Position numbers and translations under genes: made by a program. The notes below the pieces were generated by a model. It was not told the origin of the DNA. It saw only the letters and a list, made by a program, of their open reading frames with translations, and did no database searches. From NCBI GenBank assembly GCA_046155365.1, contig JBJXFH010000198.1, positions 337 to 64,336 on the forward strand: 64,000 bases of DNA, given 5' to 3'. This document shows positions 27,048 through 36,716 of this stretch, one piece after another (position 1 is the stretch's first letter; the number at the start of each line of letters is the position of its first letter). The stretch comes from Acidimicrobiales bacterium (GTDB taxonomy: Bacteria; Actinomycetota; Acidimicrobiia; Acidimicrobiales; CAIXPF01).

Positions 27048-29279
27048 ATGACGGCCAAAGGTCCCATGCGCGCCGACTGGAACCCGAGCGTCAGCGGCAA
27101 CAGGGCGCGTCAGCGCGGTTTGTGGGCCAATCTGATCACGGCGCGGTACCGGGCGGGTCGACAGGTTGACGCCCTTGACGCCTTTCAGCGCCTCCGCCGA
27201 TTGTTCGCCGAAGAACTCGGCATCGTGCCATCGCCAGAGCTCGTGGCGCTTGAAGGAGCGGTCCTGCGACACGATCCGTCGCTTTCGGCGTTCCCGTCGC
27301 CGGAAATGTCAGGGTCCGGCCCTTCGGACAGACCGGGGCACGTGCCGCGTCCACTCGACCGTCTCTTTGGCCGCGAGGTAGACCTGGCAGCCTTGTCTGA
27401 TCTGCTGGCCACCAAGCGGCTCATCACCGTGACGGGACCAGGTGGGAGCGGCAAGACACGCCTGGCGAACGAACTGGCCCTGGCCCACGCCCATTGCTTC
27501 AGCGCTGGTGCCTGGTTCTGCGAGCTGGCGCCGGTGCCGGATGCAACCAGCGTGGGCTTCACGGTGGCGGAACGGCTGGGCGTCAAACAGGCAGCGGGTC
27601 AATCCATCATCGAAAGTTTGGCTGACTGGGCCGCTCCACGCCGTTTGCTCATTGTGCTCGACAACTGCGAACACGTCAGCTCCGCCGCCGCCGAGCTCAC
27701 CGCAACCCTGCTGCGACGCTGTCCCGACCTGGTGGTGGTAGCGACGAGCCGCGAACCTTTGGACATTGCCGGCGAGCAGGTGTGGCGGCTCGCCCCGCTG
27801 CATGCCGGCGCGGTGGCGTTGTTCGAGGATCGCGCCGCACATGCCGGCAGCCCAATGAGTGATCGAGCGGCCGTCGAGGCGATCTGTGAACGGCTCGATC
27901 ACCTGCCGCTGGCCATCGAGTTGGCTGCGGCCCGATGCCGATTCCTCAGTCCCGCCGAGGTACTGGACCGGCTCGACCGCCAGATGGACGTGCTCAAGGA
28001 CCGTTCATGGGCGAAAGACGAGCGGCACGCCACCATGGCCGCCGCCATTGCCTGGTCCTATGACACGCTCGATGGGACCGAACAACGGATGTTGCGGGCC
28101 GCGTCGGTGTTCCGGGGTGGGTTTACGCTCGAGGCCATTGCCGACATCACCGCGGGTGACGTGTTCGCCGTGGCGGATGCGGTTGAAACGCTGGTCAATC
28201 GATCGTTGGTGAGCGTTGAACGGCGTGGCGTCGGGTCCCGCTACCGGATGCTGGAGCCGCTGCGGCAGTTCGCCGCCGATCGGCTTGAGGGCGAGGAGTC
28301 GGCGCGGTTACCGCAACGTCATGCCGCGTACTTCACCACCGTCGCCCGCCGGATCGGCATCGGTTATGAAAGCGCGGACCACTTGGCGGCGTTGGAGTTG
28401 TTCGAAGCCGAATTCGCCAACCTGCGACTCGCCCAGCAGTATGGCGTCAACACCGGAGACCTTGACGCAGCCTCGGCGCTGGTGGGGGGTATCGGGGAGA
28501 TCGCCGCCTACCGCATGCAGTTCGAGGTGCTCGCCTGGTTCGATGCCGAACAAGCCGCCTGGTCCCTTGCCAATACCGGCCACCTCGACCAGGTGATCAA
28601 CCACATCGACGCCGCGGTGCGTGGCGCGCTGGCGGCCCACCTCGACTACTGGATCATCGAAGCGGTGGCGTCGCGTTCGCAAATCGCGGCCCGTATCGGC
28701 GCCAGGCCCGACATCGCCAGCGGGGCCGGCCTCCAAGCGATCGCCAGAGCTGAGGCCTACGGTAACCAAAGCCAGCTCACCCTGGCCTACGCGCTGGGCC
28801 ACCACGCCGCCACCAGCAACGCCGAACGTCTGGAGTTGCTGCGCCGTGGCGTTGACTACGGCCAAGCCAGCGGCAACCTCCTCATGACCGCAGTGTGCGC
28901 CTATCAGCTCGGGGACTATCTGGCACGCGACGATGGAGCGCTCCACGAAGCAGCGGGCCCATTCCTGCTCGCTCTTGACCAGCTCAGCCGAGCAAGAGTG
29001 CTCACGCAGATCTGGAACGTGCTTGAGATCGTTGCCCAGCGATGGGCGGACCACAACCAACTCGAGCTGCCCCTGATCATCTGGGGTTGCGCCACTGCCC
29101 ACAATGTGCAACCGATCACTACGGTGCTTCCCACTACGCCCACGGCACGCGAACGTACGAATATCATCGCCGCCGCCCGAGCCAGACGCGATCAGACGTT
29201 TAGCCACGGACAGCGCCTCACCCTGGACCAACTCGTGGCCCACGTCAGCACCGAACTCACCCGCACCGCAGCCTCGTAG
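27048..29279 (+). CDS. BTAD-tail + NB-ARC/P-loop NTPase + TPR regulator lacking the wHTH DNA-binding domain
   Basis: LITARYRAGRQVDALDAFQRLRRLFAEELGIVPSPEL (end of BTAD), GREVDLAAL...VTGPGGSGKTRLA (Walker A) and LLIVLDNCEH (Walker B), then a helical repeat region. The 961-aa ORF opens at 26394, but that part is antisense to the DUF4386 gene. Confidence 0.7.
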   Translation: MTAKGPMRADWNPSVSGNRARQRGLWANLITARYRAGRQVDALDAFQRLRRLFAEELGIVPSPELVALEGAVLRHDPSLSAFPSPEMSGSGPSDRPGHVPRPLDRLFGREVDLAALSDLLATKRLITVTGPGGSGKTRLANELALAHAHCFSAGAWFCELAPVPDATSVGFTVAERLGVKQAAGQSIIESLADWAAPRRLLIVLDNCEHVSSAAAELTATLLRRCPDLVVVATSREPLDIAGEQVWRLAPLHAGAVALFEDRAAHAGSPMSDRAAVEAICERLDHLPLAIELAAARCRFLSPAEVLDRLDRQMDVLKDRSWAKDERHATMAAAIAWSYDTLDGTEQRMLRAASVFRGGFTLEAIADITAGDVFAVADAVETLVNRSLVSVERRGVGSRYRMLEPLRQFAADRLEGEESARLPQRHAAYFTTVARRIGIGYESADHLAALELFEAEFANLRLAQQYGVNTGDLDAASALVGGIGEIAAYRMQFEVLAWFDAEQAAWSLANTGHLDQVINHIDAAVRGALAAHLDYWIIEAVASRSQIAARIGARPDIASGAGLQAIARAEAYGNQSQLTLAYALGHHAATSNAERLELLRRGVDYGQASGNLLMTAVCAYQLGDYLARDDGALHEAAGPFLLALDQLSRARVLTQIWNVLEIVAQRWADHNQLELPLIIWGCATAHNVQPITTVLPTTPTARERTNIIAAARARRDQTFSHGQRLTLDQLVAHVSTELTRTAAS

Positions 29280-29380
29280 CCATCTGTTGCACGGTGGGGC
29301 CTGCAGCGCCGAACACTGCGGTGAGGCTGGCGATGTGCTCGTGGTCGCGGGTGCGGATGTCGCGGCTGGAACCCTTGGCT

Positions 29381-29412
29381 GTGCCAACGTGCCAACGTGC
29401 CAACGTGCCAAC
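29381..29412. repeat. perfect 8-bp tandem repeat (GTGCCAAC)x4 in a convergent intergenic spacer
   Basis: The sequence gtgccaac gtgccaac gtgccaac gtgccaac is read directly. The unit length is not a multiple of 3. Confidence 0.95.
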
Positions 29413-29431
29413 TGGACGGCGCCCCGGGGGC

Positions 29432-31690
29432 TCAGCCGGGTGTGTCACGCAGCAGATGGCATGCGACATTGGCCATACCGGCGCGTTTGAGGATCGGTAC
29501 CTCCACCTCACAGCGATCGGTGGTGGGCAGGGGGCATCGTGACCGGAAGGCGCAACCCTTGGGGGCGTTGAGCGGGCTGGGGGGTTCACCGGTGAGCGTT
29601 GGTGCCAGCCGTCCGGGTTCGGTGGTGGGCACCGCGGCCAGCAGACCCTGGGTGTAGGGGTGAGCGGGTTGATCGAACAGCGTGTCGGCGTCGGCGTGCT
29701 CCACGATGCGGCCCAGGTACATCACGGCCACTTCGTCCCCCAGGCGGCGGGCGGCGGCCAAATCGTGGGTGACCACCAGCAACGCCACCCCGAGTTCCGC
29801 TCGCAACTCCTCCAGCAACGCCAGCACCCGGGCCGCCAACGAGGCGTCGAGAGCGCTCACCGGCTCGTCGCACACCAGCAGGCTGGGGCCCGACGCCAGC
29901 GCCCGGGCGATGACCGCTCGTTGGCGTTGACCACCCGACAACGCACGGGGTTTGGCCCCCGCGGCGCGCCCGTCCAGCCCCACCCGGCCCAGCAACGCCA
30001 TAGCCGCGTCCACCCGCTCGGATCGCTCCACCCCGGCAAAGCGCAACCGCTCCACCACCTGGTCCAGCACCGACATCCACGGGGTGAGCGAGGAGCCGGC
30101 GTCCTGGAACACCAGCTGCGGCCGGGCCGCTCCTGTCGCCCACTGCACGGCACCGCTATCGGGTTTGAGTAATCCGGTGGCCATGCGCAACGTGGTGGTC
30201 TTCCCGCAACCGCTCTCACCCACCAGCGCCACCGCGCCCCCCGCCGGTACCACCAGCGAGACCTCCTCCACCGCCTTGAGCTTGGCCGGCGGGGTGCTCC
30301 ATCGGTCCCGCCGCAGCCGGAAGGACTTCGAGACGCGATCCAGGATCAGCGCCGGTTCCGCGGTGGGACCCTCGGACGGCTCCACCGTGGGGAACGGTCC
30401 TGCCCGGTCGCGGACCCGGATCGAGAGGGCCGGAGTGGGTCTCGTAACCATACCATCTGGTTGGGTATGTCCGTTGGGTACGGGCTTCACGGTGGGGAGC
30501 GCGGACGCTACGGCCAGGTGGTCGCGCTGCTCGCCGGCTGGCAGCGGAAAGAAGCAGGCCACCCCATCAGCGAGCTGGGGGAGGGCATCGGCGCAGGACG
30601 GTTGGGCGGAGCCGCAGCGAGCTTCGAAGGCGCACCCGGCGGATGGGACGCGAGGATCGGGGGGATTGCCGGGCAAGGGGTCCTGCGCCGGGCGTTGCCC
30701 GTCAATGCTGAGTCGGGCGTCGAGCAGCGCCCGGGTGTAGGGATGGCGGGGACGTTGCAGCACGTCCGCCGCGGATCCGATCTCACACAACCGCCCGGCG
30801 TACAGCACCGCGATGCGATCAGCGATGGACGCCGCCACTCCCAGGTCGTGGGTGACCAGCAACACCGCGCATCCGTGTTGGTTCCGCAATCGGTTCAACA
30901 ACAACACGATCTGGGCCTGGACGGACACATCCAGGGCGGTGGTGGGCTCGTCGGCAATAATCAGCTTGGGTGTGCCATCCACCCCGGTACCGGGCTCGTC
31001 GGTATGGCCCGAAGGGGGTTCCGCGGACACCGCCAGCGCGATCATGGCCCGCTGGCGTAGTCCGCCGGAGAGCTCGTGGGGAAACTGTTTCAGGCGGCGT
31101 TCCGGCTCGGGAACGCCGATCTCCCGCAGCCGGCGGGTGGCCGAGCTGACGGTGGATCCCTTCTCGGTCAACTGCCGGCCCACCCGCATGGTGGGGTTGA
31201 GCGAGGTCAACGGATCCTGGAACACTGCGCCCACGACCTGGCGCAGCACCCGTCGCCGTTGCCGCGCCGTACCGTTGAGCATGTCCACCCCGTCCACCAA
31301 CACCTGACCGCTGGTCTCCGGACGAGCCGCGGCCGGCAGTAGGCCCAGCAGCGTGGCGCCCAGCACCGACTTGCCGGAGCCCGATTCGCCAACCAGCGCC
31401 ACCACCTCGCCCGGAGCGATGTCGAGCGAAACCCCTCGCAAGGCGTGCACCAGCCCATCGGGACTGTGCAAGCTCACATGGAGATCCACCACCGCGGCCA
31501 CGGCTGATACCCCTGCCACTGCTGTGGCCGCTGTCGGCGCGGTAGCCGGCACGGTCGCGGATGCCGTGGCGCGCACTGAGGCGAAACCCGCCGCCTCGCG
31601 ACCGGGGGCGGCGGGGGAGGGGCGACCCGGCTCACCGGCGCCGGTCTCGATGGTGGCTCCCGGTTCGGGGGTGGCGCGCCTGAGGCTCAT
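29432..31690 (-). CDS. fused double ABC ATPase of a Dpp/Opp-type importer (DppD-DppF-like)
   Basis: Two Walker A motifs (GESGSGKS, GESGCGKT), two LSGG signatures (LSGGLRQR, LSGGQRQR) and C-terminal oligopeptide-type Cys-rich tails. The ATGA overlap with the permease gene supports the start at 31690. The N-terminal ~65 aa are low-complexity. Confidence 0.9.
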   Translation of the reverse strand: MSLRRATPEPGATIETGAGEPGRPSPAAPGREAAGFASVRATASATVPATAPTAATAVAGVSAVAAVVDLHVSLHSPDGLVHALRGVSLDIAPGEVVALVGESGSGKSVLGATLLGLLPAAARPETSGQVLVDGVDMLNGTARQRRRVLRQVVGAVFQDPLTSLNPTMRVGRQLTEKGSTVSSATRRLREIGVPEPERRLKQFPHELSGGLRQRAMIALAVSAEPPSGHTDEPGTGVDGTPKLIIADEPTTALDVSVQAQIVLLLNRLRNQHGCAVLLVTHDLGVAASIADRIAVLYAGRLCEIGSAADVLQRPRHPYTRALLDARLSIDGQRPAQDPLPGNPPDPRVPSAGCAFEARCGSAQPSCADALPQLADGVACFFPLPAGEQRDHLAVASALPTVKPVPNGHTQPDGMVTRPTPALSIRVRDRAGPFPTVEPSEGPTAEPALILDRVSKSFRLRRDRWSTPPAKLKAVEEVSLVVPAGGAVALVGESGCGKTTTLRMATGLLKPDSGAVQWATGAARPQLVFQDAGSSLTPWMSVLDQVVERLRFAGVERSERVDAAMALLGRVGLDGRAAGAKPRALSGGQRQRAVIARALASGPSLLVCDEPVSALDASLAARVLALLEELRAELGVALLVVTHDLAAARRLGDEVAVMYLGRIVEHADADTLFDQPAHPYTQGLLAAVPTTEPGRLAPTLTGEPPSPLNAPKGCAFRSRCPLPTTDRCEVEVPILKRAGMANVACHLLRDTPG

Positions 31691-32694
31691 CCGCGGCTCC
31701 GATTCCGTAGGCGGGGATCGGCCACAACTTGGCCGATGTCAACCAGCGCGTTCACCACGACATAGGCGGTGCCCATGACCAACACGATGCCGATCACCGC
31801 CGGGAAGTCCGCCTGCTGGATGGCCTGGGTGGTGTACAACCCCAGCCCGGGCCAGGCGAAAACCAACTCGATTACCACAACCCCGGTGAGCAGCAGGCCC
31901 ACCTGCAGGCCGGCCATGGCCAAGGTGGGTTGCAGCGAGTTGCGCAGACCGTGACGAAGCATGATCCGCCATTCGCCCAGCCCTTTGGACCGGGCGGTAC
32001 GGACGTGATCCTGCCGCAGCACCTCACTCAACGTACCGCGCAGTACCCGGCCGATGGCCACCGCCGGTCCGATGGCCAGACAGAAGCTGGGTAGCGCCAG
32101 ATGCCGCACCGTGCTCCAGAACCAGCTCCAATTGCGGTGCAGGACCGAATCGAGCAGGTAGAACCCGGAGGGACCGGCGGGTACCTTCATGCGGTCCAAC
32201 CGCCCCGAGGCCGGCAACCATCCGAGCTTTCGGTAGAACACCAACACCCCCAGGATGGCCACGAAGAACGTCGGGGCCGAGGCCGCTCCCAGCATCACCA
32301 CCCGGGCCACAGCTGAGGCCTTGCCGCCACGAGCGGACCACACCCCCAAGGCCAGGCCCATGCCCATGGCCAGCATCGCCGAGAACGCCGCCAGTTCGAA
32401 GGTGGGCTTGGCGAAACGGCCCAGGTCACTCACCACCGGCCGTTTGGTTCGTAACGAGGTGGAGAGATCACCTTGGCTCAACTTGCCAAGGAAGGTGACG
32501 TATTGGGTGGTGATGGGGTCGTTGTAGCCCAGTTCCTGGCGCTTCTGCTCGACCAGTTCGGGCGAGGCGTTGGCTCCCAGCGAGGCCCGCACCGGGTCCG
32601 CTGGCAGCACCGACTGGATCAGGAACACGGCCATGCTCAACACCAGCAGCACCCCCACCAGGCTGACCAAGCGGCGCATGACGAACTCGGTCAC
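31687..32694 (-). CDS. ABC transporter permease (DppB/OppB-like)
   Basis: The N-terminus MRRLVSLVGVLLVLSMAVFLIQSVLPADPV is typical. An EAA-like loop is present (TARSKGLGEWRIMLRHGLRNSL). Confidence 0.9.
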   Translation of the reverse strand: MTEFVMRRLVSLVGVLLVLSMAVFLIQSVLPADPVRASLGANASPELVEQKRQELGYNDPITTQYVTFLGKLSQGDLSTSLRTKRPVVSDLGRFAKPTFELAAFSAMLAMGMGLALGVWSARGGKASAVARVVMLGAASAPTFFVAILGVLVFYRKLGWLPASGRLDRMKVPAGPSGFYLLDSVLHRNWSWFWSTVRHLALPSFCLAIGPAVAIGRVLRGTLSEVLRQDHVRTARSKGLGEWRIMLRHGLRNSLQPTLAMAGLQVGLLLTGVVVIELVFAWPGLGLYTTQAIQQADFPAVIGIVLVMGTAYVVVNALVDIGQVVADPRLRNRSRG

Positions 32695-32697
32695 CGC

Positions 32698-33570
32698 TCA
32701 GGCCTCCGTCAGATCGGCCACGGCGTCCCCGCACAGATTGGCCACGAACGCCAGCAGGCACACACCCAGCGCCGGGAACACCGGGATCCACCACCCGGTG
32801 AACAGGTAGGTCATGCCCCGGGCGCTCATGGCCCCCAGCTCCGGGGCCGGCGCCGGGGAACCGAGACCCAGGAAGGACAGCCCGGACAGCGTGATGAGCA
32901 GGGCGCCCACGTCCAAGCTGGCAGTGACCAGCACCGTGCCCACCGTACCGGGCAGTACGTGCCGGCGGGCCACGGTGAACCAGCCGGCGCCACCCATGCG
33001 GGCCGCCTCGATGTGGGATCGGCTCATGATGGCCCGTACCTCTGATCGCACCACCCGGGAGTAGAACGGCCACCACACCACCATCACGGCCAGCAGGGTG
33101 TTACGCAGGCTGGGCCCCAACGCTGACACCACCGCCAGCACCAGCAGCGGGCCGGGTAGGGCCAAGAACACGTCGGTGATGCGCATGAGCAGGCCGTCAA
33201 CCCAACCGCCCACCATGCCGGCCACCGCGCCGATGGAACCGCCGATGATCACTCCCGAGGCGATTACCCCGAACGCCGAGAACCACGAGGTGCGCATACC
33301 GGTCAGTACCCGGCTGAGCACGTCCCGGCCCTGCTCGTCAACGCCCATCCACTGCCCGGCGCCGGGGGCCTGCAGCGGGGCGCCCACCGCGGTGGTGACC
33401 GAGTGGGGCAGGTACAGCGGCACCAACACCAAGGCCACGGTGAGCGCCACGAAGGACGCCAGCGCCACCTTCTCCAGGTGACCCAGCGAACGCAACCGGG
33501 CCGAGGTGGCCGAGCCCAGCGGCACCCGGCGCCCGAATAGACCGCTGCGGGCCAGCGTCACTGAAGCCAT
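32698..33570 (-). CDS. ABC transporter permease (DppC/OppC-like)
   Basis: Six-TM BPD-type permease with the loop HIEAARMGGAGWFTVARRHVLP. Confidence 0.9.
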   Translation of the reverse strand: MASVTLARSGLFGRRVPLGSATSARLRSLGHLEKVALASFVALTVALVLVPLYLPHSVTTAVGAPLQAPGAGQWMGVDEQGRDVLSRVLTGMRTSWFSAFGVIASGVIIGGSIGAVAGMVGGWVDGLLMRITDVFLALPGPLLVLAVVSALGPSLRNTLLAVMVVWWPFYSRVVRSEVRAIMSRSHIEAARMGGAGWFTVARRHVLPGTVGTVLVTASLDVGALLITLSGLSFLGLGSPAPAPELGAMSARGMTYLFTGWWIPVFPALGVCLLAFVANLCGDAVADLTEA

Positions 33571-35207
33571 CAGGGCGCCTTGCGGGTCAGCCCGACCGGT
33601 TCCAGGTTGAACGGTGCCGGTGACTTGTGGGTGAACCCACCGATATCGGGTCCGGCCACGAACACGTCGCGCACGTCGGCCAGGGTGATGAACGTGGCAT
33701 CATCCACCCACAGATCACCGGCTTGCCCGTACAGGGACAGCATCTTGTCCCGATCAGTGCTGGAAAGACCCTCATCGATCAGGGCGTCCGCTGCGGGCAC
33801 GCTGGCTCCCAGGTAGTTGAGGGCCCCGCCGCTGTAATGGAAGATCCGGGCCCAGGTGTCGGGGTGAGCGGCGTCAGGGTTCACCGTTCCCACGTACACG
33901 TTGGGTCGGGTGTCGGGTTGGTTCACGTACTCGAACACCGTGGCCAGCACGTCGGATTTGATGGTGACCTTGAACCCGGCCTCCGTCAGCACCGTTTGGA
34001 TGGCCTCCGTCAGGCGCTGGTCATTGGTGGAGCCGGTGGTGTAACCCAAAAGGATGGTGCGATCGGCCTCAGGCAACTTCGAAACCATCGCCTTGAGCGG
34101 CTCCACGCCCTTGTAGCTATAGGCATCGTCGGCCATCGCGTCGGGTAGCTCGCCCACCGGGTACAGCTGCTTGGAGACCACTGCATCCTCGCCGAACACC
34201 TGCGCCACCAGCGCCTCACGATCCATCGCTTCACGCAGAGCGACCCGCACGGCCTTGTTCTTCAGCGCGCCCCGGTTGGGATCAACCCAGATCATGGTCT
34301 TGAACAACACCGGGAAGTCAATGACCTGGAAACCCTCCTTGGTGCGGAACTCCTTGGTGGTGGAGGACGGTACCTGGTGCAAGATGTCCAGATCGCCGCC
34401 TTCGAGCTGCAACTGCTGGGTGGCGGCGTCGGGGACGATGTTGATCACGATCTCCCGGAAGAACGGCTTGTCACCCCAGTAGCTGTCGTTGCGGGAGAGG
34501 ACGTAACGCTGACCCAGGCTGAACTCGCTCAGCGCGTAGGGGCCGGTACCGGCGGAGTTGGACTTGATCCAATCCTGCGCTGCGTCGCCGTCCTTCTCGT
34601 TGGCGGCGATGAGGGCCGGGCTGACCGCCTTGGGTCCGTACGGCGCAGCCAGATAATCCAGAAACGCTGAAACCGGTTTGGTCAACTTCACCACGAACGT
34701 CAGCGGGTCCGGCGTCTCATAACCGGTCACGTCAGCCAGCATGTACGCCGGCGCCGAGTTCACGCCGGTGCGCCGCTCGAAGCTGAACTTCACGGCCTCG
34801 CTGTCCATCGGGGTGCCGTCCACGAAGGTCACCCCCGAGCGCAGCTTGAACGTGTACCTGAGCCCGTCGGCGCTCACCTCGTAGCTCTCCGCCAGCCACG
34901 GTTCGATGGCATTGTCGGTGCTCTTCCCGCCGGGAGACTCCGGGACGTAGCGCAACAGACCCTCGTACGTGGACAGCACCACCTGATTGCCCTCAATCTC
35001 GTAGAAGATGTCGGGGTCGGGCACCTGCATGTCGGTCCAAAAGGCCATGCGCAACACATCGGCCTCACCGGCAGCGGTTTGCGTGGCGTCCTCGTTGGCG
35101 GTGTCACTGCTCGAGCACGCGGCCAGGAACAGTGCCATCACCGCGCCTATCGCCAGGAGCCACCGCCTACCCCGGGGAAGGGTGCGTCGCTGTGCTGCAG
35201 TCGTCAC
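33570..35207 (-). CDS. ABC transporter substrate-binding lipoprotein, family 5 (peptide/nickel/opine type)
   Basis: Lipobox LFLAACSS. The size (545 aa) and motifs fit SBP family 5 (WGDKPFFREIVINIVPDAATQ...). Confidence 0.9.
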   Translation of the reverse strand: MTTAAQRRTLPRGRRWLLAIGAVMALFLAACSSSDTANEDATQTAAGEADVLRMAFWTDMQVPDPDIFYEIEGNQVVLSTYEGLLRYVPESPGGKSTDNAIEPWLAESYEVSADGLRYTFKLRSGVTFVDGTPMDSEAVKFSFERRTGVNSAPAYMLADVTGYETPDPLTFVVKLTKPVSAFLDYLAAPYGPKAVSPALIAANEKDGDAAQDWIKSNSAGTGPYALSEFSLGQRYVLSRNDSYWGDKPFFREIVINIVPDAATQQLQLEGGDLDILHQVPSSTTKEFRTKEGFQVIDFPVLFKTMIWVDPNRGALKNKAVRVALREAMDREALVAQVFGEDAVVSKQLYPVGELPDAMADDAYSYKGVEPLKAMVSKLPEADRTILLGYTTGSTNDQRLTEAIQTVLTEAGFKVTIKSDVLATVFEYVNQPDTRPNVYVGTVNPDAAHPDTWARIFHYSGGALNYLGASVPAADALIDEGLSSTDRDKMLSLYGQAGDLWVDDATFITLADVRDVFVAGPDIGGFTHKSPAPFNLEPVGLTRKAP

Positions 35208-35250
35208 GTCTGTTGACCTCCGTGGTGGGATTCGGGAAGAAGTGAAACCA

Positions 35251-36027
35251 TCAGTGCAAGACCGTGGCCCCGTTGACGCAGATCGATTGGCCGGTCACGA
35301 AACCGCCGGGGTCCGTGGCCAGCCAGGCGACCACCTCGCCCACATCGGCGGGGGTTACGAACCGACCGACGGGTATGTCAGCCAGGTAGCGTTGGCGGAC
35401 GGTGTCCCGCGTGTGGCCGGTGAGGTGCATCTCGGTGGCCCATTCCTGTTCGTTCATGTCGGTCTCGGCGGTGCCGGGGCAGACCGCGTTGACCGTGATG
35501 TTGAGGGCGGCCAGTTCCAGCGCCGCGGTCTGGGTCATGGCCCGCACCGCGAACTTGGTGGCCGAATACGCCCCAAGCAACGGGAAGGCCACCAGCGCCG
35601 CGTCACTGGCCACGTTGATGATCCGTCCCGGTCGCCCGGCGGCCTTCATCACCGTCACCGCCGCTTGCATACCGTGAAGTACGCCAAGGACGTTGGTGTC
35701 GAACAGGTGGCGGAACGTGTCATCGCCGGTGTCGAGCAGGGGTCCGATGGTGGAGACCCCGGCGTTGTTGACCCAGATGTCGAGCGAGCCGAACTGTTCC
35801 AGCGCCGCCTCAGCCAGCTCCGGGCACTGTCCGGGCTGGGCCACGTCGGCGGCGAGGACCACGGCGCGCCCGCCCACCTGGCGGCAACGCTGGGCCGTTT
35901 GTTCGGCGGCATCAGCGCTGGTGTTGTGGCGGTGGTTGATGACCACGTCGATGCCGCGTTGGGCCAGGGACACGCAGATGCCAGCGCCCAGGCCCCGGCT
36001 GGCCCCGGTAACCACCGCCGCGGTCAT
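35251..36027 (-). CDS. short-chain dehydrogenase/reductase (SDR)
   Basis: TGASRGLG cofactor motif, NNAG and catalytic YSATK. The ATG at 36027 overlaps the upstream stop (ATGA). Confidence 0.85.
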   Translation of the reverse strand: MTAAVVTGASRGLGAGICVSLAQRGIDVVINHRHNTSADAAEQTAQRCRQVGGRAVVLAADVAQPGQCPELAEAALEQFGSLDIWVNNAGVSTIGPLLDTGDDTFRHLFDTNVLGVLHGMQAAVTVMKAAGRPGRIINVASDAALVAFPLLGAYSATKFAVRAMTQTAALELAALNITVNAVCPGTAETDMNEQEWATEMHLTGHTRDTVRQRYLADIPVGRFVTPADVGEVVAWLATDPGGFVTGQSICVNGATVLH

Positions 36028-36716
36028 CGTCCGGCCTCCAGCAACCAACGGAAGGGGGCCAGATGGCGGGCGTCGCCGGTGAAGAGCCGTTCGGGATGCC
36101 ATTGCACGCCCAGGACCGCACGGCTGTCGGTGGACTCGACAGCCTCGATGACCCCGTCCTCGCTCCACGCCGTGGCCACCAGCTGGGGTCCGGGGTCCGC
36201 CACCGCCTGGTGGTGGATGGAGTTGACCCGTTGGGCGCCGGCCAGCGCCGTTTCAGCCAGCGAGCCGGGTGTGGCCCGAATACCGTGTTTCGGTTCGTAC
36301 TGTTCCTCGAGGTTCCAGTGGCCCTCGTACCCGGCGGTGGGAAGGTCCTGTACCAGCGTTCCTCCCAATGCCACCGCCAACAGTTGCGCACCACGGCAGA
36401 TGCCCAGCACCGGTCGTCCTTGCGCGATGGCCCACCGGCTGATCTGCAGCTCCACGTGGTCTCGTTCGGGGTCCACCTCGTCCAGGGTGTCGGTGGTGGG
36501 CGCGGCCCGGTAGGAGGCGGGATCCACATCGCCACCACCGCTCAGGAGCACCGCATCGCAGCGTTCCAGTAACGGTTGCGGATCGGACCGACTCCACGCC
36601 GCCCCCGCCGGGACGAGCACCGGATGGGCGCCCAGGCGGGCCAGGGCATCCACATAGCCCCGATGCACCGAGTACCGCTCCTCGGGGTGACGGCCGATCA
36701 GCACCGCGACCAACAT
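36024..36716 (-). CDS. class-I glutamine amidotransferase-like gamma-glutamyl hydrolase (PuuD / peptidase C26 family)
   Basis: LSGGGDVDP, GICRGAQLLAVALGGTL (nucleophile Cys), HHQA and LGVQWHPE are present. The start at 36716 overlaps the GS-like stop by 1 nt. The ORF opens at 36779. Confidence 0.8.
   Translation of the reverse strand: MLVAVLIGRHPEERYSVHRGYVDALARLGAHPVLVPAGAAWSRSDPQPLLERCDAVLLSGGGDVDPASYRAAPTTDTLDEVDPERDHVELQISRWAIAQGRPVLGICRGAQLLAVALGGTLVQDLPTAGYEGHWNLEEQYEPKHGIRATPGSLAETALAGAQRVNSIHHQAVADPGPQLVATAWSEDGVIEAVESTDSRAVLGVQWHPERLFTGDARHLAPFRWLLEAGR

Noticed and set aside
29381-29412. The octamer array as a CRISPR or other spaced-repeat locus.
   Set aside because: The units are contiguous with no spacers and far too short. 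No cas genes are present in the window.
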